From assembly GCA_951406725.2 (NCBI GenBank), contig OX597817.1:113150001-113214000 (forward strand): DNA of 64,000 bases. The letters run 5' to 3'. The notes under the pieces were generated by a model, which did no database searches, was not told the DNA's origin, and worked only from the letters and a program-made list of their open reading frames with translations. Below, one piece after another: positions 25,476 to 39,800 of the stretch; within the stretch, counting starts at the first letter, position 1; each line of letters starts with the position of its first letter. Both the position numbers and the translations under genes were made by a program. The stretch is from Octopus vulgaris (taxonomy: Eukaryota).

Positions 25476-27308
25476 AGCATAACTGCACATAAAATATGAT
25501 ATACTAACAAAATACACTGCAAAGCAAGCATAAGCATCCCCTTGTATGTGTACCTATGTGATCAATTAATCAGAATAGTATTTCTAATAATAAAAAATTA
25601 AATATTTGCTCAACAATTCATGTAATGATTGCTAAGTAACTAGTTTTAGGTAAATTGTGTTGTAATTTTTCTTTTCGTTCAACTTCATCAGAAAATGTTG
25701 ACTTAACCAATGTTGACACTTTTATTATTCATGAGCTTTTTTTTTTATAGCAGTGTCCTGTTAGAAAGAGTAGAGCATTGAAATAAATGTGTCTCAGCAT
25801 TTAGATATGCCTCTCAGTTCTGAAATCAATTCCTTGCTGAAGTCAATGTTTGATGTTGCCTTTTATTACAGTAGTGGAGGTTGACAAAAAGAAATACCAG
25901 TCATACACTTGTATTGATTCAATTGACTATGTTCTCCACTGCAAGTTTATGGCATTGTTCCAGTGTTAAAATATGTAGAAAACAATGTAATGTAAGCCAT
26001 TTTTGTGTGAGTATATGTCAGCTGTCATAGTGTGACACAAGTAAGTTCATGGCAATAAAGTTCACCACTCAGTCCCCATTCCCAGTCAAAATTTATTCTC
26101 ACTTCATTTAAATTAATACCTTTGCGAAAGGCATGAACATCACAACTTCCTATTCATGTGGGAATATAATTCTTAGTTTTATTGCCTATGTAAAATAACG
26201 GTGGGCTTGGCGCTGGAGGTAGTAAGGATATATCTCCCCACTAGTGATATAAACAAGAGTGCATTTTGCACCAAAAAGCCAATGTGAGAGTCGCTTTCAT
26301 GGCAACTACCACAGTAGAATTTGTTCTAATAAAATATCCACATTTAAGTGCAGATAAATATTACCTGCAAGTATTAATGCTGCCTCTTTTGCTAATATAT
26401 ATTTGTCAATTATGAATTTTTCATGTGTCAAGCAGTAGTGGTAAACTCTTGGAAATAATCATTGAATTTTGCTTTTTCTGTTCATTTCTTTTGGTGCAAG
26501 AGTGGTAGTGGTGGGTCTCTCTACATATTTGTTTTTACTTAACTTTCTATAAGGCTCCATGCATTAAAAAATGTGTTAATAAAGTGTTACATGCAGCCTA
26601 GGTGAAACTGGTGCACTTAGAATACAAGGACTCTGGAGAACTGCATGACTAGCATGATTTTTGCATTTCACATTAATTACAAAGAAATCTACATCAAGTC
26701 TATGTAAAATATATTATCATTTATAAGCTTTAGTTGTCTTGTTAGGTAATTCTGTGATGATAAACAGTGAAAATCGCATATAGTTAACTCAAATATACAG
26801 GGTTTTGGGAGGTTTTTTTTAAAAGACATATTTATTTTTAGATAGTAATTGCTGAAGTAAGAGATTTTATTTATTTTCATTAAATGAGAAAATTAAATTA
26901 TGTTATTCTTCTTCAATAAAATATAAACCTTTGTGAGAGAAGCAACTATTCTCTCTCTTCTCTCAGCCTCATGAAGATAAATAAAAAAGGCAAAAATCAC
27001 TTAGGTATTATATATTTACAGAAATGAGTGCAATGTTAATTTCTGCACTAAACCCAAATTATAGTTTGAACTTACAGAGCAGCTTCAATAAATCCCCACA
27101 AAAAACTAAGGTTAAGAGAAAAGTCAGCATGTTCATGTTTTGTCTATTAGTTTAAAAACTGTTATGATGCAGTAATTAGTTTTATCATATCTACTTCTCT
27201 TTGTGCAATTATTAGAGCTCTTAACCAAATAACAAAAAGAAAACAGATGGATCATGCCTCTACTACCTCACTACTTTACACATCAATTATTACATGTTGG
27301 AGTATATA

Positions 27309-27726
27309 GGCGCAGGAGTGGCTGTGTGGTAAGTAGCTTGCTTAACAACCACATGGTTCCGGGTTCAGTCCCACTGCATGGCATCTTGGGCAAGTGTCTT
27401 CTGCTATAGCCCCGGGCTGACCAATGCCTTGTGAGTGGATTTAGTAGATGGAAACTGAAAGAAGCCTGTCGTATATATGTATATATATATATATGTATGT
27501 GTGTGTATGTGTTTGTGTGTCTGTGTTTGTCTCCCTAGCATTGCTTGACAACCGATGCTGGTGTGTTTACGTCCCCGTCACTTAGCGGTTCGGCAAAAGA
27601 GACCGATAGAATAAGTACTGGGCTTACAAAGAATAAGTCCTGGGGTCAATTTGCTCGACTAAAGGCGGTGCTCCAGCAGGGCCGCAGTCAAATGACTGAA
27701 ACAAGTAAAAGAGAGTAAAAGAGTAA
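27309..27726 (+). mobile_element. SINE family A, full length
   Basis: Near-identical to 755-1160. Confidence 0.9.
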
Positions 27727-27916
27727 GGTTTTCTCTGATTAGATTTAACTGCAGCCCAATCCAGAAAACTATTGTTTTAGGTTGCTCCTAAATATTCAGC
27801 TTGCCATAAATTTGCTAAGCTGTTATTCAAGTTTTCTTTTTCTTTTTTATTGGGGTACAGCAGCTTCGTTGAGTAAATTAATGGCAAACCTTAGTTATAG
27901 TATTTTATATCTTGTT

Positions 27917-28095
27917 AAGGTGGCAAGCTGGTGGAATGTCACTGTGCCAGGAAAAATGCTTAGAAGCATTTCTTCTGATTTTATGTTCTGAGTTCAAATG
28001 CTACTGGAGTTGACTTTCACTTTTCATCCTTTCAGGGTCGATAAAGTAAGTACCAGTTGAGCACTGGGGTCAATTAATTGACTTGGACTCACCTT
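27917..28095 (+). mobile_element. SINE family B
   Basis: GGTGGCAAGCTGG...GAGTTCAAAT...TCATCCTTTCAGGGTCGATAAAGTAAGTACCAG. Confidence 0.8.
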
Positions 28096-28239
28096 CAAAA
28101 TATAAGGTATTTTATATTTTGTAGCTGTGTCTCGAAATTCATTAAAATATTTATTAAAGTAAAATATGTATTAAAGCAACAACAGTTTGAATATCTATTA
28201 GTAAACCCTACATGCACATGCAGACACATATACATGAGT

Positions 28240-28495
28240 CTTTACTGTCTTGGGTCCAAGGACTCATAGCATTAGTTGCCTAGTTTCCATGGTATGTAAG
28301 CGATTGATATCACAACATTCTGCCTGAAGAGGACACCAACCCACTGCAGGGTTTTCTCATTTACAGCTGAGATGGCTGGAGCAACGTGAAATGAAGTGTT
28401 TTGCTCAAGAGCACAACACAACTGGTCCAGGAACTGAAACTACAATCTTGCAATCATAAGTGCAACACTATACCCACTAGGCCACATGCTTTCAC
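28240..28495 (-). mobile_element. SINE family C
   Basis: GGAGCAACGTGAAATGAAGTGTTTTGCTCAAGAGCACAAC, homologous to 7962-8175. Confidence 0.7.
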
Positions 28496-29834
28496 TATAT
28501 TCATCATGTTTGTAATTAATTCTGATTTTGTGGTTTTATATGGAAGAAAAATAATTTTCTCTCTAGAAAGGATCCTGGTCTATAGCAGGTAACATACCTA
28601 AAGTTTCTAATGTCTTTCTTGACAGCTAAGTAAATTAAACTGTATAGAATTATGTGACTATCCAAATCAAGCCAAAATATCTGAAAGGGTTATTTAAATT
28701 CACAAACCACTAGTTAAAAGTCTAACATTTTCATCAGTCATCTATTTTACTTCTTTTTCAGTATTTATGGGCATTTTTGTTTATTCTTGAATTCCATGAT
28801 ATGGCTGTTTTAAGGTTTTGTACCAAATATTCAACAAATCTGTAATAAGTTTATTTAATATTTAATAACAAATCCATTATAAGTATATTTGAAATCCCAC
28901 TTGCATATTATATTAAGTATTTCTTGATAATTTCATAACCTTATAATTGAAAAACACATATAGGCTTGATGTAGGAAATACAGTTTTAAATATGTAGAAA
29001 TGGGTTTATCAGAGGCTTTTGTGACAAACACTTTAAGAGATATACACTCTGCTGCAGTATAAGGTGAAAATAGAAATTGAATAACAAAAATTAATCTGCA
29101 TTATAGTTATCTCCATAATATTTCATGTACATGCCACAAACACACACTCTAAAACACATTTGCAAACTTGCACATACAATCATGTTGATTAAATTATTTG
29201 ATAAGTCTTCTTCAGTTGAGGCAATAATGTCGTTATTTTAATTGATCTTTACATCAATATTAGATATTTAAATTATTATTTCTTAGTATGCTTTCATTAA
29301 TAATGTTAATTAAACTCTGGGAATGCAAGAAACTGGTTAAATACTAGTTTATCAATCTTAAAATTATTGATTAATTGAGATGCAATTAGCAATTTATCTA
29401 TAGTATTCACTCCACGCAGTTTCCAAACTCTACAGACATGGCTTGTCACATCAGAAAAACTTGAATACTGACAGGAATAAAATAAATTGCAATAACCAAT
29501 TAGTTTGTAATGATGAAGCTCTATGTTGCTGTTCAACTGTCTGAAATAGCAGCCAAATAGCTCTACTGTCTTTAAAATGGAAGGCCTCATTAGGTATTGT
29601 TGTTCTAGCTTATCAAAAAAATATGCTGGCCAAGGCTGCAATATCTTTGATTCATAGGCCTGCTTGATCAGAACTGACCTGACACTAAACAATATCAACA
29701 GATTTAATACAAAAAAATAAGGAGATAAAACCTTTTCAAATTTCATTTGTTGGAAACATAGTGACTTCAATCATATCAGTTAAGTTTAATTAATTTCTAT
29801 GTTTGGTCAAAAGATTTATTAAGAATATGTGATA

Positions 29835-30033
29835 TTGGTTTCAAATTTTGTCTCATGCCAGCAATTTTGGGGGAGGGGGTAAGTTCATTACATTGACCCC
29901 AGTGCTTATTTATCAACTCTGAAAGGGTGAAAGGCAAAGTCAACCTAGGCAGAATTTGAACTTGGAACTTAAAGATGAAATGCCGCTAAGCATTTTGACT
30001 GGCATGCTAACAATTTTCCCAGCTCACTGCCTT
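29835..30033 (-). mobile_element. SINE family B
   Basis: Reverse-complement homology to 14029-14235, ending CAGCTCACTGCCTTA. Confidence 0.75.
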
Positions 30034-30582
30034 AGGAATATATGATATTGATGATGAAAGCTGGTATATGAAAACTGAAGGAATATTTTTAATCACACAT
30101 TTTCAGAGATGTATTTTGGAAATTTAACAGTTGACTCCATGAAGACATTTTTTTAAATATGTAACTTTATTAACTGATTTTCATGTTCATATATCTATCA
30201 TGCTCTGTTTAAGCTCAAATCATCAGTTAATCTTTCACTGTTAATTTTAATCTGTTGAAAATATCAGATTTATTTTGATACATTTTTTTACTTTTTAATG
30301 GAAACATTATTAGTGTTAATTAGAGTGTAGTAGAGTCATTGTGGTTATTTAAATCAAGTAAACAATGTTATATTCACAAAAATAGTAAGTTTTTTTTTTT
30401 GTTGATTTGGTCACCAGTACTCCCATTCCACTGTATCTTGGCTGCCCCTGTATTCTGTATTCTGTATGGTAGAATAGAATCATCTTTTCTTTTTTGTTGT
30501 ACTGTTTCCTTTCTTTTTTTTATCTCAGTTCTATTTTTTTTTTATTTGTTATATGGATATTTAATTGCATATGTTTTTAATG

Positions 30583-30972
30583 TGCAGGAGTGGCTGTGTG
30601 GTAAGTAGCTTGCTTACCAACCACATGGTTCCGGGTTCAGTCCCACTGCGTGGCACCTTGGGCAACTGTCTTCTACTATAACCTCGGGCCGACCAAAGCC
30701 TTGTGAGTGGATTTGGTAGATGGAAACTGAAAGAAGCCCGTTGTATATATGTATATATATGTGTGTGTGTGTGTATGTGTTTGTCCCCACAACTTCGCTT
30801 GACAACTGATGCTGGCGTGTTTATGTCCCCGTAACTTAGCGATTCGGCAAAAGAGACTGATAGAATAAATACTAGGCTTACAAAGAATAAGTCCTGGGGT
30901 CGATGTGCTCAACTAAAGGTGGTGCTCCAGCATGGCCGCAGTCAAATGACTGAAACAATTAAGAGTTAAGAG
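30583..30972 (+). mobile_element. SINE family A, full length
   Basis: Homologous to 755-1160. Confidence 0.9.
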
Positions 30973-31588
30973 TTTTTTTATAATGTATATTCATTTTTAT
31001 GGCTAGGTGTTCATTTTAGCCAAATTATTCCACTCCTAAATAGGATGAGAGTGTCACATCAGTTTCACAGCTTTGTAGACTAGAGAAAATAATATTAAAC
31101 TAGCCTGACTGGTACAAATTCCATGATCAATGAATGCTCTTATTTGTTTTAATAATTGAATTATGAATCTTCAGAACATTGTTTCATTATGTTAAATATT
31201 TCAATTACTGGTATAATGTTCTCAGTTTCATTCTATAGTTATTAATGCTTTTGATTTCATTCTTAAACTTTTACATTCAAACTTGTCTCAATATGTTAAA
31301 TGCTTTAGTTGTATTTTCAATTTCATTCCAAAGATCAAGATTGTTACAGTGTATCAAGTGAACACATATAGTGACAAACAGAATGATTTTATAAATCATT
31401 GCTTAAGTATATTGCAATTCTATGAGGTGGAACAGATGGCTATTTCCCATCTGGAGAAAGAAAAATAACCACCTTAACAAGGAAGTCAGTTCTTCTAGAA
31501 GGTAGGACTGTTTCCCCAGCTGCAGAAACTAAGAAAACTAAATTAAGTTAGCCATAAATATTCACAACAGTTCAGAATAATGTGAGAC

Positions 31589-31854
31589 CAGTGGCAGACT
31601 GGCCAGGTTGCCAGCTTGCCTGATGGCAAGTGGGCCCCTCTGCTGTTAGTATTTAAGGGGCCCATCCCCTCAAGTTTGAGAATCATTTATTCACTCCTGG
31701 AAGAATGCATTAATTATTTCAGCCTGGCTATGTTTGTAGACAGTTGAAAAGAATACTTTTAACAAAAAAAAAAAATTAAATGATAGCATTGTAGTTGTAG
31801 ATGGGCCCCCTTAGTCTCCTGGCAACCAATATTTTTAGACCCAGTCCACCACTG
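31589..31854. mobile_element. hAT MITE
   Basis: TIRs CAGTGGCAGACTGG / CCAGTCCACCACTG, 8-bp TSD TGTGAGAC/TGTAAGAC, subterminal GGGCCC motifs. Confidence 0.85.
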
Positions 31855-33779
31855 TGTAAGACTATGGAATCAATGTTTTCTAATTAAAATTGAAGTATTT
31901 AAAATTAATTTACCTATAAACTTGTATCAAAGTATTTATCAAATTTACTTGCATTGTATATTGACAAAGTTTAGTGTTGCAATGAGAAGTGTTTTAAAAA
32001 CTTGAGGTCACCTGATAAATCTTATTGAAGGTACTTAGTAATACACTTCTGCATTATTTGTATTTATTTTTGATTTTCTTAACTATTTATAAATTCAATA
32101 CGCTGCATTTTTAATAAATACAGTATATTGTCGTTTAAATAAATATTTATTTTCTTGAACAAAATCAAAGTTCTAATATGACACATGAATCATTACTTAG
32201 TTATTCAACAAGTACAAGCTTCATAAGATACAAGTTGTATTAACATAAAAATCAAAGCATGCTTAATCAAACTCGTTCATTTTTGGCACTGGTTTGAAAT
32301 TTGTGGATTTCCTACAGAAGGAAAATAAGAGAAACAGGGACCAAGAAACTGGCTTACTATCAAGTCATGTTGCATTCACAAAATAATGAATATTGATATA
32401 TTCCTTTTGAAATATATCAAATGTAATATATAATTTTTGGAATATGTAAATGATTAATGTAGTGAAAAAATATAAATAGAAAAAAAATTTTATGAAACAA
32501 TTTCAATATAAAATTCTTGGCCTATGAAAGAATTAAACTGCAGTGTAATTTAGGACAGTCTTTTGATGGTAGAATCGTTAAGGAAACAACTATTGGGAAA
32601 TACCTACACACTTAGAGCTTGCCTGTGTTAGCTATTGTTTAGTTAAAGTGACTATGAGCAACAGATGTTGCTGGCACTAATTCATGCAGCACAGCTTTAT
32701 ACTTTTTATACTTCCCCTTCTAGACCAGTCAGCAATTAGAAATTACATTTTATAAAATAATATAGCATAATCAATAGGTAAATATGGTTTGAGTATGCTT
32801 TCCTGAACCAAGATTTCTCCTGGCCTTGCTTTACTTCTATTCAGCTCTCATTGAAAGTTATTTTTCCAGGCCATTTTTATTGATTTATTATTTCTTAATT
32901 CACCTATGACATACACTCATTCTATACATTCATTAGCACTAGACACACAATCTTTGTTTGTTTTATTTATGTTCACCACTTACTTGTAAATGTTGTTGTG
33001 ATTTGGAGCTTATTCCTGTTTTTCAAGGTATCAAACAGTTAAATGACATCTCTACAACTTAATAAAAATGTCAGTTTATCACAAATTTTGCACTTAAAAA
33101 CATATAAGCTTTGCACCAAACGCTTATAAAATACTTATCATTAACCTGGAGTTGCACTTGATGCTGACAGGAGTGATCTGTGCATTTGTGTGTTACTTGT
33201 TTACATCTGAATGGACTGAGTCATTGAAAGTCACCTTTGCCAAGAATTCAGAATTATTGATAAGATATGAAATGTTGACCATTTAGCCCCCAGTCTGTCT
33301 CCTTATTTATTAGACTAGTTGCAGCTCCCAATGAAACTCTAAATAAGAGAATTTGTATGTCATTATGAATGAAAAATTACAGAAATTAATTTCAATTAAT
33401 TCTGTCTTATAGTGGAAGAGGTAGACTCATATAATTATAGAGATTTTGTTGAAGCAATACAAGAATAAGATAGTTTTATGTTAATGCTGCTAAAATGGCT
33501 GATACAGTTATCTTTTTTTATTTTCCAAAATGCTTTAGGTTAATAATTGGATAAATGCATGCTCTGAAGCAATGTGAGTGTTAAATGAAGGAAAAATTCT
33601 CTGGAAGAATGACAGAACCATGGGAAAACATTAAATTAGAAGTGGCAATAGGAAGAAGACAAAGAAGAAGACAACCAATACTATGAATATCATTTATTCT
33701 AATAATGGTTGAAAAATCAAAGGAAAGAGATTGTATGTATGGACCAAGAACTGAAGAAGGATATTTCAGTTCTGGTCTG

Positions 33780-33975
33780 GTTGATGTTGTTGTGTAGCTC
33801 CAGATCAGCTGTGATCATGTAGATCTATGATAAAAGCCTTCCAGCCATAACCACCTCATCTTATTTTCAGATAATATATCCAGCACTACATTATCCAATG
33901 TGTCCTTTCTGTCAAAGACAGTAAAGTGTGATTTGAGCAGAATGAGATAATTTCTAGCAGGTTGACAACCTCATA
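33780..33975 (-). mobile_element. Family D repeat
   Basis: (TTG)n...GATCTATGATAAAAGCCTTCCAGC...CACTACATTATCCAATGTGTCC. Confidence 0.6.
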
Positions 33976-34712
33976 ACAGCTTTCTGATAAGGCTTCTGTT
34001 TTGTTGTGTTGGTGAGATATAAATGAAAACACCATTGGTTAAACAGAGTAAGATATTGTAAAGAAAATAATTTGTTGTAAGTAGTGAGGTGGAGAAAGCA
34101 AAGTTACTAGAAGGTTGGACTGGAAATTTTGCAAAACCTAATTTTCATTCATTTTCTTCATATCTTGCCAGAAGAAAATTTACCTTTTCTCTTTCTGGTC
34201 CATTAATTTACTTATCTTCCAGAGATTCAGTAATTTCTGGCACTAAATGGAGTAACTTCCAAATTAAGTACTCGGACCTGAAGAGTTCTTTGTTAGGGTT
34301 ACTCATTTGACTAATTTCCATTGAAAAATACCTAATTTGTAGGAATTTTGTGCGTAAAGAGTGAATGAGAGTCATGTTTCTGAAATGTCAGAAATTTGTT
34401 TGTATTAACGACAATATAACTCAAGTGGATGCCTAAATTTAAAAAAAAAAAGATAGTTCTATCAATGTGGAAATCAAGGCTTGTGCACAGTTTTAGATAT
34501 ATTTCTTAAGATTAATTTATCTAATAGTTTCTATTTTAATGATGTCAGACATAATTATTCTTTGTTGCAAAACATTCTAGTACCAAAACCTGTTTGCATA
34601 TAAGATAAAAGAATAACCTGTTGATATTTTGTTTTACAAAAACAAAACATGTTGGTGTTAAGGCTTTCTGTTAAGTTAGGAGAACAAAAAGTAATTGAAT
34701 AGTCACCAAAGC

Positions 34713-35100
34713 TCACCTGTTTCTAAGCATGAAGGTTACAATGGCTTGACATGTTGCAAACAAACAACACTACATCTATGATGGTGAAGTTTGTTTACAA
34801 TTACCCTGCAATGGCAAGAAAAGGAGACACAAACATACATACACTCATACCTACATATGCATGTACATACACTCACATATATGCATATGTACACACACTC
34901 ATTTACATATGCACACATACACACATGTGCAAATATATACATATCTGTCAGACTTCTGTAAGGTTTCCAACCACCAAATTTAATCTGCAAAGCTTTGTTT
35001 GACCTGAAGCTATAGAAGGTACTCTTTCAAGGTGCAACACAACAGGATCAATCTGAAATTATATAACTGTGAAATAAGCAAGCTTCTTAAAACCAAGGTC
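34713..35100 (-). mobile_element. SINE family A head with alternative body (A2), diverged
   Basis: Homologous to 47442-47765 and 48870-49287. Confidence 0.6.
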
Positions 35101-35127
35101 ATGTTTAAGTTTGTGTGTGTGTGTGTG

Positions 35128-35400
35128 AGCACATGACCTAGTGGTGAGAGTGTTGCACTCACAATTGCTAGATCATGATTTCAATTCATAGACTTGGTGG
35201 TGTGTTGTGTCCTTGAGCAAAACTCCTCATCTAACATTGCTCTGCAGTCACTTCAACACCCTGACACATGGCACACAGTACACCTATTCAGACAACGTCA
35301 ATTTGATGAAGAGAGTGAGCTAATGTGAGGCACAAACATTTGATCACTATGAGCAAATCATTTGTGTAGGTCGTTCAGCAAAAGCTGAAAGCTCATACAT
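35128..35400 (+). mobile_element. tRNA-derived SINE with family C-like head
   Basis: GCACATGACCTAGTGG (A box), ATTTCAATTC (decayed B box), GTGTTGTGTCCTTGAGCAA core. Confidence 0.6.
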
Positions 35401-35525
35401 CATATTCAGAGGGAGAGTCCATCATATATATAGTTGAAATTTACAGAAAAACAAAAGATGAAGACAGGTGTATGAACAACAAACAGGTGTATTAGTTTGG
35501 CACTTGCTTGGGAAATTGAGAAAGT

Positions 35526-35561
35526 CTTTTAAGTTTCGAGCCTAATCTCTTCAACAGAAAG
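35526..35561 (-). ncRNA. Hammerhead-like motif in Penelope pLTR, variant core
   Basis: CTTT-CTGTTGA-A-GAGATTAGGCTC-GAAA-C-TTA-AAAG, homolog of 3150-3185. Confidence 0.45.
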
Positions 35562-36535
35562 GAATAAGAGAAAATAAGCAGAAAGAGAATAAAAAACATT
35601 GTGGTTTTAGTGATCAAGCATAGTGACTGGTTGGGAAAAAAAAGGCTTGACAGGAGAGGTAGAAAGAAAGGGAGATAATAAAGTATTGGTGATCCCAAAA
35701 CGAAGGTGTGTGTGTATGTGAGAATGTATGTGTGTGTGGATAGGGGCTAGTGACTTTGACATGTGGATGTGTGTGTGCATCAGTAATGTGTGGGGTAGTG
35801 GTAGGCTATATGGGAGTGGAGTGTGTGGGTGTGAGAGGTATCAATGAAGAAAGAAGGTGGGCAGGGGTGAAGAGGAAGTAGGTGTCAGAGGAAGAGAGGA
35901 GAGAAGTGGGTGGGAGTGAAGAGAGGAAGTAGGTGTCAAATGAAGAGATGAGAGGAGGGAAGTTGAGCTCATGTGGCACAAAGGAGCAAAGAGAAGATTA
36001 ATTCTTGTTCATGGCGAAGGTGGGAGTCTGGATGGCCCCTATGCAAAAACAATCCAAACACATACAGGTGTTGTAATGAATGACTGGTAGAGCAGAAATG
36101 GCATGAGACTGGGGTATCATTGCTGAGTCTGATGTCTCAGAGGTGCTCCACAAACCAGTCAGCCAAGCAGCATTCCATTTAACCGATGTACAGAAAGTGC
36201 AGGAGATGCAGTAAATGGCAATACTAGAAGTGCAGTTAAAGGAGTCGGTGATATGATAGGGACAGTGATGGGTGCCTGTGAGCATGGTTGTGTTGGAGAG
36301 GTAGGTCAAGTGCAGCAGTGTAGGTGGAAGCAGGGTAAAAAGCCAGTTTGGGAGGTGGGGTTAGAGCAGAAACTGCAGACCAGAAGGTCACACAGGTTGT
36401 GGGCTCATTTGAAGGAGAAAAGGGGTAGATTGGGGAAGATGTACAAGGTGGAGGGGTCAGACTGAAGTCACAGGAAGGCTCAGAGAATGGTGCATTCAAG
36501 GGTAGTGGGGTGATAGGTGAGGGGAAACAGGAGAT

Positions 36536-36887
36536 AGGCAATGGTGGGGCAGGTGAGGGGAGAGAGAGCAGAGGTGCAATCCACAGAACAGGCTCTGGCA
36601 AGGGCTGTGTGGATAGTGGTGAGGGGATATTTACAAAGGAGGAAGTGGTGAGCCATGAGTTGAGATTTAGTCTCAAAGTCATGGTTGTCACTGCAGAGCC
36701 TGAGCAGACTGAGGCAATGGTGGGGCAGGTGAGGGGAGAGAGAGCAGAGGCGCAATCCACAGAACATGCTCTGGCAAGGGCTGTGTGGATAGTGGTGAGG
36801 GGATATTTACAAAGGAGGAAGTGGTGAGCCATGAGTTAAGATTTAGTCTCAAAGTCATGGTTGTCACTGCAGAGCCTGAGCAGACTG
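36536..36887. repeat. 176-bp tandem duplication inside the Penelope ORF
   Basis: 36536-36711 vs 36712-36887 nearly identical. Confidence 0.9.
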
Positions 36888-39800
36888 AGGAATTGGGAGT
36901 ACAGGAAGGCGAGCTTGGAATGGGTTGGATGGGAGGAGGAGAAGTTATGGTATGAGTGTGAGTTGGTGTGTTTCTAGTAGATGGAGGTAGTAAGAGCAGA
37001 ATGGTGTTTGTTGACCAAAATGCCAAATAATGTGACAGAAATGTTGGAAATAGTGCAGGAGAATTCAAGGGCAGGATGGAAGAATTGGACAAAAGAGAGG
37101 AAGGAGTCTAGTTGTACATGGGAGAGTGAGGTCGCACCAATACAGTCATCAATATAATGACCATATAGTTCAGAAGTGGGACCAGTGAATCGTGAGAAAA
37201 GCTAGGCCTCAACATAGCCAACGAACAAGTTTGCATAGTTGGGGCCCATTGTTGTTCCCATGGCCACTCCCGAGAACTATTGGTAAAAAATCCCCCACAT
37301 ACGAGAAGAAGTTGGGGGAGAGAACAAGTTTGGCCAGACAAAGTATGGAGGTGTCAGGTTGGGATTATGGTCGAAGGTCTATATACATGAGGCACACAAA
37401 TAGCCTGTTAACTTTTCATTTAATGAATTACAACAAAAGTAATCAAAAACAAAATTGAAGATAAAAATGTTTTAAACGATGATGTTAAAAATAAAGAAAA
37501 TCGAACTTCAAAATATTCTATTGTTAAGCACTAAACAAATCACTGCTTTAAATTATTTAATAGTTCATACCACAAAATAGTCCATAATTTCCTGCATTTG
37601 TTCACTGTCTATGTTATGTTTACATGTGATATATCAACATGTGTGTGTGTATTGATGTATCACTACAATTTGAGTACTAATGTACTCAAAATATAGTTGT
37701 GCTGTTTTGTACATATTTCACTGCTTTTGTTTATGCTTTCACACATGAATAGTATTATATTATATGTACATATATATACATCAAACTGTTACTGTAAGAA
37801 AAATTATTATTACCCTTTGGAATATAATAATTATATGGTAACTAATGACTTTTTATATTGTATTATACACCCTAATAGCTAAAGCACTGTAATAGAATGT
37901 GAATAGCCATATTGTATTAATTTCAGGAAATTAGAACATTAATGATAATTATGCTATTAATTCGAATATATTTCGACCATGAACAAGGGACATTTTTTGC
38001 ATGGGTAAATAAATAGCTAGTACTAATTTTTTATTCACTCTGGAGAGAAGAGAGATAAGGTTGTCTCACCTTTGTGACATTTAGTGCAAGCAAATAAAAT
38101 GAATGTTCATTAATGTACCAGCATTAAGGAATGAAACTGGATACTCTCTACAGTAGTTTTTTTTTTCTTTTTTTTACTGCTTGTTGTGAATTCTTTATTA
38201 TCTTAAAGTAATTAATACCAATTTTGTAAGACGTGGAAATTTAGTGGTTATCCTCTTTTGAAGTAGCATCAAATCACATTTAAGAATTGATACTTTTTTT
38301 TCAGTTAAAATCCTTTATCAAACATTCTCAGTGTTTATTTCTGAACTCTTTTATTAGTAAATAAACTGAATTTTCTCTCTGAAGTGTGAAAATGGTTTTC
38401 AAACTCCAACAACTTGGGATATTTAACAAGTTTTAGGCAACAGCTACAGTCGGCTGAGTTAATATGGTATCAGGCAACTATTTGAAGTATTGGTGGTTCA
38501 TTTCCTATTATTGATGTTAATCTATGTCCATGGCCAAAGCACTTAATATTTCTGGCTTTGTCTACCTAAATGTAAATAGATAGTGAATCAATATTTTGTT
38601 AGCTTGTAGTGCTAAGTTCAATTCCTTATTTGTGCCCAATATGACAATAGCAAACCAGTTTTAGAGATCCTAAAATCACATGAGTCATCAGGAATTAAAA
38701 TTCATTGCAACATCTTCAATAGAAAACTACAACAACAAATTTTCTCTCAGACTTACAATAACGTTCACTTCATAGTTCAAACATTGCATTTCTTTAAATT
38801 GCTGGGAAATTCGGAATAAGTCCAGGTGAATCTATATACATCATAGATGTTTCACCACACTACTCTGTTTGATCATCAGTCATCAGCCAGTCTTCATTCT
38901 CTAACATTGTCATTGTTTATTGTTTATGATAACATTTTTAGTGTAATACAACAAATACATAATAAGTGTCTCAGAGATTGTGTTTTGTTGATTTTTTTTT
39001 TTTACTTGACGCAAAAAAAATTCATCTAATTTATTTGTGTGGGATATTGTGACTTTCAAGTTTACATAATTGCATTAGACTATAATCATTACACCAATAA
39101 ATCAAAACTGAGCTGAAAACTAGGCTCACCATGAGTGTATCCTCTGCTTTGGATACCAAATTATTTACTATGCAGAGTTTATTCAACTAAAAACTCTTCT
39201 CTATTACTCTTTGAGAACCAGCCTAGTGATTTCATTAATGTATATTCTATAGCAATCTAATTTATTTTAAAAATATTTAAAAAATAATTGACAAATTTAT
39301 ACTTTTCCCCCCAAAACAAAAATATAATATCAATTTTGTTCATTGGCTTGAAGTATCTGACTTATTTAGTCAAAAATAAGAATTTGCTTTCCCCAAGGGT
39401 ATTACTGATGCTGGAATTGAAATCATGTCATGACTTGATTTGTTGACACTTTGCTGCATTACTGCTATACTTATCACTACTTTGAATGTATTTTAACTTG
39501 ATCCTAAATTCTGGTTCACATGGACAGTTCCTGTAGTACAAGCAGAAGATATCAGAAAAATTTTGCTTTGGCTAAGGTGCTTGTCTATCACAGCAGCTAA
39601 CTTTCTAGAATATCTGGAATTGATTATCCAGGTAAATGAAGAAAGCATCTTAATTATCATCACACAGTAAAGATGTCTTTCTGCAAAATGACTTGAAGCA
39701 CTTAAAAAAATCAGGTACCTTACTGAAAGGTATAATGGAAATATCTGTAAAAAGATACACATTCATAATCCCATAGCTATGAATCTTATAGCTTTTCCAA

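Larger units (their letters stand above)
35432..37385 (-). mobile_element. Penelope-like retroelement, 5'-truncated, frameshifted (RT + GIY-YIG endonuclease + pLTR)
   Basis: Minus-strand peptides GVAMGTTMGPNYANLFVGYVE and HYIDDCIG (PLE RT), SSHPTHSK..SQFLSLLRLCS (thumb) and FNCTSSIAIYCISC..LYIG (GIY-YIG). The 3' end abuts TA. Confidence 0.92.

Noticed and set aside
29306-29770. 154-aa ORF
   Set aside because: No recognizable domain, composition typical of AT-rich non-coding DNA, non-ATG start.
38840-38890. Minus-strand CTGATGA...GAAACATC hammerhead-like arrangement
   Set aside because: Helices I and II pair poorly and there is no second copy or TA context to support it.
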